Shown in pieces: positions 27,312-41,013 of a DNA stretch of 64,000 nt (the first letter of the stretch is position 1; the number at the start of each line of letters is the position of its first letter). The DNA is from Lytechinus pictus (Eukaryota). The notes below the pieces were generated by a model. It did not search any database. It was not told where the DNA came from and saw nothing but the letters and a program-made list of their open reading frames with translations. The position numbers and the translations under genes are program-made. Location: NCBI RefSeq assembly GCF_037042905.1, contig NC_087245.1, positions 14,634,001 through 14,698,000 on the forward strand, in the 5' to 3' direction.

Positions 27312-30300
27312 TATGAGGCGCCGAATGTACCAATATTATATAGAACAATTATTTGTTATATAATCATTATTTATTAAATAATAACTATTATTTATATATA
27401 ATTTACATTTTATTTGTAAATAACTACTATTATATAAAATATCATTTCTAATTATTTATATATAATTCCAAGTAATACTTCATTATTTGTAAATAATAAT
27501 AGTTCGACATTCCATTATTTATAAATAATGATTATTTGTTTTTCATTATTTATAAATAATGATTATTTGTTTTTCATTATTTATAAATAATGATTATTTG
27601 TTTTTCATTATTTACAAATAATGATTATTTGTTTTTCATTATTTACAAATAATGATTATTTGTTTTTCATTATTTATAAATAATGATTATTTGTTTTTCA
27701 TTATTTATAAATAATGATTATTTGTTTTTCATTATTTATAAATAATGACACTACATACTTCATTATTTATATATAATGATTATTTGTTTTTCATTATTTA
27801 TAAATAATGATTATTTGTTTTTCATTATTTATAAATAATGATTATTTGTTTTTCATTATTTATAAATAATGATTATTTGTTAAATAATGAAAACGTCTAC
27901 TTCATTATTTATAAATAATTTTTTCGAGTGCACCATTATTCTCATTATTTATAAATAATCATTATTTAATGTTCGAGTTTTCCATTATTTATAAATAAAG
28001 ATTATTTGTTAAATAATGAAATATCTACTTCATTATTTATAAATAATAATTTAGTTTCAATATCCCATTATTTATAAATAATCATTATTTATAAACAATT
28101 TTTACAGTTTGCCATTATATACAAATAATCATTATTTATATACAAATAACCATTATTTATTAAATAATGCCATTATTTATTAAATAATGCCATTATTTAT
28201 TAAATAATGGAAAACTCGCTATAACATGCAAATGTGGGACCGCCCATGTTATGAATATTCATGATGCGATTTCCTTTTTCGTGATTTTTCTTCACAAATT
28301 TTTGTCCATTTCCTCTTCATAATGACATTTCTTGAAGCAATTTTCTAGGGATATGGTCTGATTGTCATATTCTTCATTTTCTATATAACTTCGTCTTCGT
28401 AGAAATATCAAAAAGTGTAATTTTATACGATTTTTCCTACAGTTCACAATCCCCATAGGCGCGCGTGTATCGTAGGGACAATCGGTGAATCGACGGAGTG
28501 CTCTTCATCGAAATACTACGTTGGTTGGTCCCCGGAAGTGGCGGGCGGAATTTAGCCCGAATCCTCGATGGAAGTAGATCAAGTGCATATGAGCTGAGAG
28601 AGTGAAATATCAGTGCACAGGCCCTTCTACTTTTTATAAATATTTCTTGTTGCTTTTTTTGTTAAGTTAATTTTTCCTGGTGTAGAGATAAGTTTCAGTT
28701 CTAATAATGCACTTCAAATACATTTTGGAGTGTCTGTTTGAGGCGTTTGGGGCGATTTCACCCTGGCCCCAAAATGCTCGCAACGACAATACGGGGGCAT
28801 GATGACCCCTAAATTTTAAAAAACTTATTTTTCTATTGAAAATTATCACAAAATTCACCAAAAGTGTGCACGAAAGCCTTCGTATTTCACTTTTAAAACT
28901 CCAAAAAGTGCCCAAATGACAAGCTTGGTCGCTTCGCTGTGTCGCTTTCAACTTGAGAAAGTTTACGCGTCTGCTTCCCCCCCCCCCCCCCTCCTCCGAA
29001 AGAAATTCTGTATACGGCCATGCTCTAAAGAGCCTGGCACATTGATTTATGTATACTTTCATTTTCATTATTTTTATCTCATTATCATCATGGCCTTACG
29101 CAGAATTTTTTCCAGGGGGGCCGGGGCCGGAGCATGACGCGCGTAAACTTTCTCAAAAAAATCTTGAAAGCGAGACAGCCACGGGACCAAGCCCAAATGA
29201 CAAGCTTCGTCGCTTCGCTGTCTCGCTTTCAACTTGAGAACGTTTACACGCGTCTGCCCCCACCCCCCGAAAGAAATTCTGTGAACGGCCATGCTCAAAA
29301 GAGCATATGGCACATTGATTTATATGTACTTTTCATTTTCATAATTTTTATCACATTATCATCATGGCCTTACACAGAATTTTTACCGGGGGGGGGGGGA
29401 GCAGCTAGGACGCGCGTAAAGTTTCTCCAAAAAATCTTGAAAGCGAGACAGCGACGCGACCAAGCTCAAATGACAAGCTTGGTCGCTTCGCTTTTTCAAG
29501 ATTTTTATGAGAAAGTTTATGCGCGTCCTGCTACCCCCCGGAAAAAATTATGCGTAAGGCCATGATAATGAGATAAAAATAATGAAAATGAAGTACACAT
29601 AAATCAATGTGCCAGGCTCTTTAGAGCATGGCCGTATACAGAATTTCTTTCGGAGGAGGGGGGGGGGGGGGGAAGCAGACGCGTAAACTTTCTCAAGTTG
29701 AAAGCGACACAGCGAAGCGACCAAGCCCCCCAAGCTTGTCATTTGGGCACTTTTTGGAGTTTTAAAAGTGAAATACGAAGGCTTTCGTGCACACTTTTGG
29801 TGAATTTTGTGATAATTTTCAATAGAAAAATAGGTTTTTAAAAATTTAGGGGTCATCATGCCCCCGTATTGTCGTTGCGAGCATTTTGGGGCCAGCTAGG
29901 TGAAATCGCCCCAAACGCCTCAAACAGACACTCCAAAATGTATTTGAAGTGCATTATTAGAACTGAAACTTATCTCTACACCAGGAAAAATTAACTTAAC
30001 AAAAAAAGCAACAAGAAATATTTATAAAAAGTAGAAGGGCCTGTACACTGATATTTCACTCTCTCAGCTCATATGCACTTGATCTACTTCCATCGAGGAT
30101 TCGGGCTAAATTCCGCCCGCCACTTCCGGGGACCAACCAACGTAGTATTTCGATGAAGAGCACTCCGTCGATTCACCGGTTGTCCCTACGATACACGCGC
30201 GCCTATGGGGATTGTGAACTGTAGGAAAAATCGTATAAAATTACACGTTTTGATATTTCTACGAAGACGGAGTTATATAGAAAATGAAGAATATTACAAT

Positions 30301-31402
30301 CAGACCATATCCCTAGAAAATTGCTTCAAGAAATGTCATTATGAAGAGGAAATGGACAGAAATTTGTGAAGAAAAATCACGAAAAAGGAAATCGCATCAT
30401 GAATATTCATATCATGGGCGGTCCCACATTTGCATGTTATAGCGAGTTTTCCATTATTTAATAAATAATGGTTATTTGTATATAAATAATAATTATTTGT
30501 ATATAATGGCAAACTGTAAAAATTGTTTATAAATAATGATTATTTATAAATAATGGGATATTGAAACTAAATTATTATTTATAAATAATGAAGTAGATAT
30601 TTCATTATTTAACAAATAATCTTTATTTATAAATAATGGAAAACTCGAACATTAAATAATGATTATTTATAAATAATGAGAATAATGGTGCACTCGAAAA
30701 AATTATTTATAAATAATGAAGTAGACGTTTTCATTATTTAACAAATAATCATTATTTATAAATAATGAAAAACAAATAATCATTATTTATAAATAATGAA
30801 AAACAAATAATCATTATTTATAAATAATGAAAAACAAATAATCATTATATATAAATAATGAAGTATGTAGTGTCATTATTTATAAATAATGAAAAACAAA
30901 TAATCATTATTTATAAATAATGAAAAACAAATAATCATTATTTATAAATAATGAAAAACAAATAATCATTATTTATAAATAATGAAAAACAAATAATCAT
31001 TATTTATAAATAATGAAAAACAAATAATCATTATTTGTAAATAATGAAAAACAAATAATCATTATTTATAAATAATGAAAAACAAATAATCATTATTTGT
31101 AAATAATGAAAAACAAATAATCATTATTTATAAATAATGAAAAACAAATAATCATTATTTATAAATAATGAAAAACAAATAATCATTATTTATAAATAAT
31201 GGAATGTCGAACTATTATTATTTACAAATAATGAAGTATTACTTGGAATTATATATAAATAATTAGAAATGATATTTTATATAATAGTAGTTATTTACAA
31301 ATAAAATGTAAATTATATATAAATAATAGTTATTATTTAATAAATAATGATTATATAACAAATAATTGTTCTATATAATATTGGTACATTCGGCGCCTCA
31401 TA
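27312..31402. mobile_element. 4.1-kb foldback (palindromic) non-autonomous DNA transposon, IS3EU-like ends
   Basis: Arms of about 1.85 kb are near-identical inverted copies; ends TATGAGGCGCCG / CGGCGCCTCATA; exact 6-bp TSD GATAAA (27306-27311, 31403-31408); 31-bp tandem arrays in each arm; no transposase ORF. Confidence 0.9.
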
Positions 31403-33052
31403 GATAAAGGCCAAAAAAAAAGAAATATTCCGACTAACGCCATGTTTGCCCCCCAAAAATTGCTCATTAGGGCAGTAACTCATAAGCCCCCTTACAAAAA
31501 TGTCCTGTGGTAATACCATATAATTACCATAGGACTGTACCACACGATTACCACATATATTGTTGTGTGGTAATGCTATGTCTTTATGTCCTGTGGTATT
31601 GTGTGGTAATGTGTGGTAATGTCGTGTGGTATTGTCCTGTGGTAAATTGGAACATTTACCACACAACATTACCACAGGAATACCACATGAATGGATTAAT
31701 ATATGGTAACATTTACCACACAAGGGATTAATTTATGGTAACAATTTTTACCACATACCATTTACCACACGACATTTACCACACCATTTACCACACACCA
31801 GTTACGACATGCATTACCACACACCATTTACCACACAAATTACCTCACATTTTACCACACACCAGTTACCACACGCGTTACCACACATCATTTACCACAC
31901 GAATTACCTCATATTTTACCACACGCCTTACCACACAAATTACCTCACATTTTACCACACACCGGTTACCACACGCGTTACCACACATAATTTACCACAC
32001 AAATTACCTCATATTTTACCACATGCCTTACCACACAAATTACGTCACATTTTACCACACACCGGTTACCACATGCATTACTACACACGATTTACCACAC
32101 ACGTTACCACATACACTACCACACACCAGTTACGTAACTGGTGTGTGGTAATGCATGTGGTAACTGGTGTGTGGTAAAATATGAGGTAATTCGTGTGGTA
32201 AATGGTGTGTGGTAAACACTAACCAGTTACCACACATATTGTACATAATACACATAATACCATGCATCAGAGTCATTACCCAAAATGTGTGTGGTAACTA
32301 GATGTGTGATAACTGATGCATGATAATGTATGTTGCAACTGGTGTGTTGCAATGTGTGTGGTAACTGGTTAGATACATCACAGATCATGGGTATGATTTT
32401 GGTAGCAGTAGAATGTGTTCATGACCCTATGTACTTTTATAAGATTAAGAAAATACAACACCTTCAATGAACAGACAACAAATGATTTTACAAGTGATAT
32501 AGAAAGTACTGGTATTTAGCTCATAGAGTCATCAATTTACAATACTGGTTTAGATTTGCTATTGACAAAAATTGTGTAACAGCTGCTTTACTGTACAAAC
32601 AGTGTAACATAATAGTAACTATCAAAGAAATTAGTTACAGTGCATATAAATACTTTTAAAAAAGATACATTTCTTCTAAATACTTTAAAAAGTTACCTCA
32701 AAGGTTATCTGGCTTTTCAGCAAACCAAATTAACGACCATTGTAGTTTTTTTGCAGGTCACACATACAGAATGGACTGATTTACTCTTTGTTTTATGCTT
32801 AAAGACAAAAATGATTAAACTCTTAATCGTTTTTAAGAAAATGAACAAAACATAAGGATGTGTCTACAATAGGTAATATATAAGTAGCTGCGGCAAAGTG
32901 CACTGTACTCAAAATTGCGTATAACAAAATGCATAATTATCCCAAGTTTACTTCAAGGCTGAAGGGCAAGTAGAAATAGACGAGAGATGATAATATGTAT
33001 TTGGAGAAAATGAAAACTAGGACAATACCCTGGCATGTAATATCTGAATTAA

Positions 33053-33774
33053 AGGAAAATAACACCCAAAACATAATACCACATGATATTATTGATAAAT
33101 ACAGGACAATCAACATGAATCCACTCATACCCTAATCCAATTACGGAGTACCACCTTTTCAAAGTTGGCCTCTTACAGTATGGTTCGAAGTTTCTGGATG
33201 GAGGTCGCCATTTTCGCGGGGTTAGTTAGGAAATTATTACATCAGCGACGAACTACATCTCTAAACGTTCAGGCATTATATATTCTATTTTATTAATAAC
33301 AAATCAAATGTACAGATAAAACTCATAAAAATATTAGTTAAAATTTGTTTAATATATGGTAGGTTCAAAATACAATTTGATGAGTTTTAATGATAAGATT
33401 TACACCCCAATTTCCGCTGCCAATTTGTAAATCGTAGATTAGGGTGTAATTTTTATCATTAAAACTCATCAAGTCGTAATTTGAACCTATCATATAATAT
33501 TAAACAAATTTTAATTAATATTTTATGAGTTTTATCTGTACATTTGATTTATTATCGATGAAATAGAATATATAATGCCCAAACGTTTAGAGATGTAGTT
33601 CATCGCTGACGGAATAATCCCCATCCATAGACTTTGTACCAGAAGATGCCAACTTTGAAAAGGTGGTACTCCATACTGGGACATCGGATTGGGGGTATAT
33701 GAGTGGATTCGTTTTCATTGTCCTGTATTTATCAATGGTATCATGTGGTATTATATTTTGGGTTTTATTTTCCT
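33053..33774. mobile_element. Kolobok/T2-like palindromic MITE
   Basis: TTAA|AGGAAAATAA...TTATTTTCCT|TTAA; inverted similarity runs nearly to the centre (~33415). Confidence 0.8.
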
Positions 33775-33854
33775 TTAAGATATTGTACTGGTTTATATCA
33801 TGGCATTACAAAGTTCATCTGTAGTGCACACTGTGTCAAGTGCACAAACCTATT

Positions 33855-34145
33855 CATGGTTCCCACAGAAATTTGAAAACAGAATTCCATGACCTCTCCA
33901 TGACTAAATTGCTGCTTTCCATGACTTAATTCCTTTCTGGCACAGTTTACAAAATCAGACATGTTATGATCATGAACACCAATTATAATAGTAGAGTACA
34001 ATCACAGAGTATGAGAGTTGTGAGACATAAAAAACTAGAAAGCTGTCATAGCCAAGAGGTAAATGCAATTCCATGACTTTTCACATATCCCTGACTTTCC
34101 ATGACCAATTTTTTTCCAGGATTTTCCATGACTGTGGGAACCCTG
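33855..34145. mobile_element. hAT-like MITE
   Basis: CATGGTTCCCACAG / CTGTGGGAACCCTG ends; internal TTCCATGAC repeats. Confidence 0.6.
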
Positions 34146-35629
34146 TAATAATACTGCATTGACAGAGCTCTATCATTTTAAAAGTTAATTTCAATTTCCT
34201 TCAAACATTTTATTCATCTCTTTTTGGTTGGACCTTGAATATAATACAATACAATGTTTTGGCAGGTCGTCTATAAAAGCATGTACATCGTTAAAAAAGG
34301 CTTTTGGCAGGAACTTTTGGCAAGTAGTCAACAGTATCAATGCATGTAAATTTGGGTGAAAGAATCATACATGTACATTAATTCTTAAGAAAAGTTTGTG
34401 GTTGTATTACACTATCACTTAAACGTATTAAAAAGACAGCAGTTGCAGCAAACAATTATTTCATGAGAAATTGTCAAAATATTGTACATAATCTCTAGAT
34501 CTGGTACATTAATGTAAGCTTGTATTTTTGTAAAATCACTAATTTTGAACTTAAAATTAATTATTTTGATGATCACTAACACAGAAAAGAACATGTGGGA
34601 CAGGACAGTGTATTATGATTGATTTGAAAAATACCTGACATTGGATAGAATTACATGCTTATTTTGCTCATTTCTCAGCAATTACACATTTTCTTCCCGA
34701 GCTATAATTAATTATGGCACATGTCTTTTATACTTTGCTGGTAATTCTATTGGATTCTGTTCGAACTCATTTTAAGATTGTTACTACAACTGGTAATTTA
34801 TCTTTAAAGTTGTACTTGTATATGATACGGGCTCAACATAATCTAAAATAAAGTAATTTTTACCATGCAAAATAGTGAAAATTTTATCAAAATCAGATAA
34901 AATTAAAAAAAAAATAATTACAAAAATATTGGTCATCAACACATGCAAGTAGATACATGTAAGTTTATGATATCATGCCCACATTTTTATTGTTCTCATG
35001 TTACCAGATAAAATAATAATTTACTTCATGTGTGTAATAAGTATGTCTTCCAATCCCATGTAGCGAAAGAACTTCCAGCAATAATCAATACAGGTAAGTC
35101 ACATCAATACAGTTTACAATCCGATTTGTTTCATTCTTGGTAAACAAAATTAAATGCACAATTTTATATACAAAATAATAAGTTGGGGATACGTGTACAT
35201 GTACAATGTACGTCAGTATGACATCATCAGCTTGCTACTTGCATATATGCTTAGAGCTCTTTCACCAAAATAATGCAGAGGTTAGAATGTCATACATTAC
35301 TTTATCATCCCTTGTCTAATTTGGATGAATTGAGACGCCATCCTACTGTAGTCAGCACATGAGATTTTAAAAAATTCAAATTACCAGGCAGTGACAGTAT
35401 TGTTGTAGGTACAGAGCAAAGATCAGGAATATAGTAGGTCTTCTCAAATTGTATTTGGATTGATCCAAGGTTGTTGACAACTGGAGGAGAGGAAGGAGCT
35501 AATTCCATGGCCTTGGAGCAGTAGTGGAGAAAGTTGCATCACCAGTAGCTAATTTGTAGGTGCGTAATGATCACAAAAATAAAAAGGCAAGTGCGCCTAG
35601 AATAAAAATGACGCACAAGGGATTCCTTA

Positions 35630-35868
35630 TAATACATGTAATCTGGATCTCTGTCATTGACTTTGAAAATCAGGAGACGGACACTGATGTTCATGTATAT
35701 CCTTTCCTTGACTTGCAGCCAGCGAAGTTGGCGTATGGCAAATGGCACAATAGATGCAGCATTCTGTACTATCTGCAGTCAGTCCAGATCGCCCTAATTC
35801 AAGCACGAAGAGCATTACAATAGTCCAGTTTAGATTGCGCTAAACCATGGACTGCTTTGTGGCAAGTA
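35630..35868 (-). pseudogene. Decayed L2-clade LINE ORF2 C-terminal fragment
   Basis: Minus-strand translation with frameshifts: VHGLAQSKLDYCNAL...LQIVQNAA...IRQLRWLQVKERI...LLIFK, resembling L2 SRLDYCN / LQxVQNAAAR / LHWLPV. Confidence 0.7.
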
Positions 35869-37400
35869 GAAATATAAAAGGCACTTCCCATTGGCCTTTA
35901 TTCTTCCAATCTGTTTGATGTTATACTGGTAGGGAGCAGGTTCCAATAGCACTATGAAAGGAGTTACGAAACCAGATAAAAGGGTGCAGATTCAGGACAC
36001 CTTCCATTTCAACTTAAGGCATCTGCAATAAATAACAGAAGAAGATAAACATAAAAGCCTTTCCTGCATTAACTATTTAATATTCATTAAAAACTACATG
36101 GTTTCAATATCAATTTCCAAACTTTTTAAAAAATGATTAAAAAACAATGTGGGGTTTGTTCCATATTTATACTTCAAATATTAACATGTAAAGTCAGGTC
36201 GGGGGAGGGGGGCTTGATGCCCTCAAGATCTGCTGCACCTCCAAACCATCTCTGTATAGGGAAGGACATTTTAAAGTTTAAAAAAAAAATATTTATTTTA
36301 ATTAAACATGATTTTAATTCATGCTTTTTTTAAATGTGTTTTAAATGGTTATGGGATAATTCCATCAGTTTGAATAAGAAATTACAAGTTGCCAATTTCA
36401 CATAACGAAGATCAATTCTGATGTGATAATAAATGCATGTCAGATGTTGATGTTTCACTTATGCCTATCTAATACGTTTGAATTGACAACAGCATGAACC
36501 TTGTAAGGGCATTAATTATTAGACAAGCTTTGTATCAGAGTGGTTACAAAATCAAAATTATTTAACTGCATCTCATGTTCATGCACATGTAAATAATCAA
36601 AATAACACAATAATTATAAAAAATACCTTCCACAAAGGATAAATTTGTACACACCATTATATCTGCATGAATATTGTTCTTTTAGTCCACCTATAATGAT
36701 ACAGCTGATGAGAGTTTGAATGATGGTATCAAGATGGTGCTTCTACCAGGGCTGCAAAAGAGAGAAAAAAAAAAAATGTTAACCTCAATCATGCCAAGAA
36801 ATCATGCCAACCGTTGTGAAACTCTATTAGCGCCAAATTACACTCTAAACTTGTCATTAGAACGTCCAAACCGATACACGTCAGCCAGGAATCTAGTACT
36901 AGCACAATCAGCTATGCATTTGCACCAATTCCCTCTGTATTTTCTTGCATATGGACGTCTCTCGACTTAAAGGTCATGTCATTGTGTTATATAGCTTGGG
37001 AATTGCAAGCAAGTGATCCTTCGAAATGTTTACCTGCTTAAAAGTAACATTTCTTAAGCCTTAATTTTGTATATTTAGATAACAAAAGGCTTACAAATTG
37101 GAAAAATCAAATGTTTGCCCAAAATTATTGTGGGAAAGGTGGATTTTTTAAGGGAAATCCATCTTTGTGTACCAAGTTCTACAGGCAACAGAGACTTGTC
37201 TAGCTCCGTGAATGAAAATACCCCTTGTACAATGTAAAAATGATAAAAATATCATCACAGAGTCCTCTAAGTACAGTTAGGACCATTGACAGATAAGGTG
37301 CCCTAAGATTGCGCACATCCGAATCTGCGCGATTCTGATAATGGAAGATACGCAACGACTCCAAACAAAAAATAAACTTTACACCTGAAAGAGCCTACTG

Positions 37401-37592
37401 TACTTAGTCTTACCTACTGCCCGATGCCTCCTGACATGTAGAGCAACAACAAAGGACCTCCACTCCTGGCGGCCAGTGGTTCTGGGCCGTCTTCTGGAAA
37501 CTCCCCCGGGCTAGGTCATATTCACCGACTCCATCTCCTCCTCAAATGTGATGCCAGGACAAGTAGTTTTGGGTCTCCCTCTCTTTCTCCTG
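37401..37592 (-). pseudogene. RTE-clade LINE 3' end fragment
   Basis: Minus strand RRKRGRPKTT...FEEEMESVNMT...QKTAQN...QEWRSFVVAL with frameshifts, then a TAAG-like tail. Confidence 0.7.
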
Positions 37593-39413
37593 GAATGTCA
37601 TAAACAGATCTATTCATAAAAAATCTGACTTAAAATGGTTGGAAAATAATGAATTTAGGGCATTGGCAAGAGTTCCATATGCAACCCCACTAAAATTGAA
37701 AATAAAAACATGAAGAAGGTTCAGAATAATATATCTAGCACAATATAGAACATATATGATGGGGTAGTGGATAGTACTAGGAGTGGAAATACATACTAAA
37801 ATATGGCTTTATTCAGTCAAATTTCGAGCATGTATGGATGTATCTAGTGTGTGTAATTGTCCATAGACATTGGTTTATTTACTCAAGGGTCTGTGAGTCA
37901 AGTCTAGGCGAACTATTGGCTGATAATCGTTAAAATACCCCTTCCGGCATCAGCACTTCTTGCTAGCATAGCAGGAACAGGTCTTGACTGCAAATAAAAC
38001 GAGGTGATCTCAAGTCCCAACTAAGGTGCCAAAACAAGGGTAAAAAAATTATAGAAAAATCTGAAGTGAACGAACTGGAATGGAATTAAGTCTCAACAAT
38101 CTTATTTTTTATCATGTTGGTGGGGGGTACATTGGAATTGCATATGGAATTCTTTCCATGTGACGTCCTCAAAATGCAGCCTCTGTGACTGTGCTTTCTT
38201 ATCGAAATCTTCGCATCATGTGAATAAGTGCGCAGACATCGGCCACTATTAGTATTACCCAGTTGTTGTGTGTCCAGACAGGTTGTGTGTCTGGACGATC
38301 AATTTTAGAAAGTCTATATGCGTCACGGGCAAAAAAAAATCATAAAAAGTGGGGAAAAGTCATCGGAAATAATTGTTGCATCATTCATCATCAATCCTCA
38401 AAAGTAAAGGATGTTTCAGAATCATTTCGGCAACAAACAAACTACGATCTTCTTATTGATGACCGGAAAAATATCCATGCATAGAAACTGGCGCATTTCC
38501 ACTTCCAGCCGGCTAGCCAGCCAGCCAAGCCTGAGCTGAGCAGCCACACTAGCCCGCGTTGCCAGCGCGCCTAGCTGAGCTGGACATGCATGCTATACGC
38601 TACAATGCATGTTAAACTGAATTGTCCGCGGTGCGACCCGGGTCCGACGTAGCCTTTCATTTTTACATGATACCGTTTCCCGATAGTTATCAAGAAATTT
38701 TTATCATAAAATGAATTGTTCCACATAATTGTCCCGCTAATTTCTAAGTAATATTCTTAACGTTCATTCTCAATTTCTCATGTCATTCTGATCTGCTGTC
38801 GGGCTACCGTACCAGTACCACTAACTTAATAATTTTGTTCAATCAAAATGCAAGTAAATGACCATGACTGGCCGAGATATTTTCCCAAGAAAATCAATTA
38901 TTTCTCTTAATTTTTAATGAGACTTTTTGCACACTTACTCATAAGAATACAAGGAACATCATCAATTGAAAGATTTTGTAAAATAACAGGAAATTCACGT
39001 TAAATCTAAACTCAAATCGTTTAGGTGTGCTGTGACTGTGTGCAGACTTGAGACCACCAGCCAGTGGTCCACATCACAGCAGCGAGCAGGCGCTCGGGGC
39101 CGGGCGAGCGCCCGGTTAGACAGGATGGGATTGCCAGTGTCATGTCATTTTCATTGACGAAATCTTTAGCTAGTTGCAAGCCGGGGCATTCAACAAACTA
39201 CGAAAAGAAAATCATAGAAAATGGTTATCTAACTTACTGTTTAGCCTACTGCAAATGTCTTCGAAGTCGTCCACATCTAACCCGCATTCTTTAAGTAGTT
39301 GAATTATTAACGGCCTTCTTCGTCCCAGGCCCACTTCTCGATCGAGCTCAATAAACTGCAACGCAACGGTTGCGGCATCGCAAACGGTATTCTTTTCAAA
39401 TGTTGGCGGTAAG

Positions 39414-39425
39414 TGCGCATGCGCA
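39414..39425. promoter_or_regulatory. NRF1/P3A2/EWG-type palindrome TGCGCATGCGCA
   Basis: Perfect 12-bp consensus at the edge of a CpG-richer zone (38480-39440) inside the 10.6-kb element. Confidence 0.45.
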
Positions 39426-39452
39426 AGCCTGTCGCCGCCCCCCCCCCCCCCC

Positions 39453-41013
39453 CAGGGTGACCAGATTTCACAAAATGAAATAAGGGACAATCAAAAAAAG
39501 ATCAACAAAGAAGGCTACACCGTGTTACACCTGTAAAAAACTTTAAAAAATTGGAAGGGAGGGTGAACGAAAGAATGAAGGAAAGAAAGAAAAGGCGAAA
39601 GAAAAGAGATGAAAATTAAGAGAAGAAAAAAAATTAAGGGGAAAATGAAGGAAAAAATAAAAAAAGAATAAAAGAAAGTTAGAATAAAAAAGAGAAAAAA
39701 AGTTTCCGCCATTCTTTGAATTGAATACAGAAAGAGAGAAAAAGAAAGAAATGGAAGAAGAATACATGTGTGAAAGACAAAATAAAGGAGAGAAAGAAAA
39801 AAAGTAAGAAAAAGGAGGAGGAAAGAAAGAATGAAGGAAAGAAAAATGTTTTCTTCATTCTTTGAAAGAAAGAAACAAAGAAAGAAGGAAACAGTAAGGG
39901 AGGAGGGAAGGAAGGAATTAAGGGAGGGAGAGAAATAATAAGGGAAAGAATTATAAGGAAAAATAAAATAAAGAATGAAAGAAAGAGAGGGAGGAAGAAT
40001 GAAGTGAGGAAGGAGTGAAAACATAATGGAAGAAGAGAAAGAATTAAAATAAAAAGGAGAGGAAGGGAGGGGAAGAAAAAAGTTGAAAGAAAGAATGGAG
40101 GAAATAAAATAAAAAGGAGAGGAAGGGAGGGGAAGAAAAAAGTTGAAAGAAAGAATGGAGGAAATAAAATAAAAAGGAGAGGAAGGGAGGGGAAGAAAAA
40201 AGTTGAAAGAAAGAATGGAGGAAATAAAAAAAGGAAATTTGATAAAGAAGACGGGTAAGAAAAAGGAAGGGAAAAAAATGAACACAGAGAGAGAGAAAGG
40301 ATCAGGAAAGGCAAATAGGAAATAGAGATAGATGGAACAAAAACGGGCAAGCAGGAAGGATAGAAGGATGAAGAAAGAAGGATAGAAAAGTTCAAACTTC
40401 AAGCAAAAAATTCCAATCATCTAACAAAAATCATAATGATATTTGGTGTTTTTAAAATATATTTTAAAAAAATGTTTTAGAAATAAATAAAATTTCAAAG
40501 TGATTCTTTTTTTACTTAAAAATTAGATGAAACATCGCGGCATTATATAGAACAAGACTCAAAACGAAAGTTGAAACAACTAGATCTAGTTATGAAAACT
40601 CAATAACTTGTTCCTCCGATTACATCCCAAAATCAGTAATCTGAGAACCCATAATATAATTATACAAATTTCCCGCCGATTTTGTGATTATTTTGGCATG
40701 TTTCATTGTGTTTGGTGTAGAGAATCTGCTCCGATCCTACATGCCTTGCTAGTACTAGCCTGTCACACAAAGGCAGGAGGCCAGTTCGATTGGGTTAGCA
40801 AGAAAATCACCTTGCAAAAGTTTATTTATCGATTTTATTGTTGTCTCTGCTTCGTCATCTGTTGGTTATTTTAATGAAAATTCGTCACTTTTAAATATAT
40901 TTTGTTCAATATTCTGAAATACGGGACAAATAGGCGTCCCGGGAAGGGTTTGCCGGGACAAAGAAGCAAAATACGGGACAATCCCGGGAAATACGGGACG
41001 TCTGGTCACCCTG
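39453..41013. mobile_element. Non-autonomous hAT (Blackjack-like TIR) element nested in the 10.6-kb element
   Basis: TIRs CAGGGTGACCAGA / TCTGGTCACCCTG, subterminal CGGGAC motifs, poly-C on both sides (compatible with an 8-bp TSD); purine-rich interior. Confidence 0.8.
40045..40228. repeat. 60-bp tandem repeat x3 (purine-rich)
   Basis: Consecutive 60-nt lines 40081 and 40141 are identical. Confidence 0.9.

Noticed and set aside
28667..29859. Several 60-143-aa ORFs in the palindrome centre as a possible transposase
   Set aside because: Short, mirrored on both strands because of the palindrome, no DDE or HTH motifs.
27312..31402. Palindrome as a pure assembly or foldback-read artefact
   Set aside because: Arms differ by substitutions, indels and repeat copy number, and an exact 6-bp TSD flanks the unit; long-read confirmation is still desirable.
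31337..32177. H/T/Y-rich ORFs (also 41077-42203)
   Set aside because: Translations of the TTACCACAC subterminal repeat arrays.
39515..40420. 301-aa and 238-aa F/L/S-rich ORFs
   Set aside because: Antisense reading of a purine-rich low-complexity tract inside a hAT element; no domain signal.
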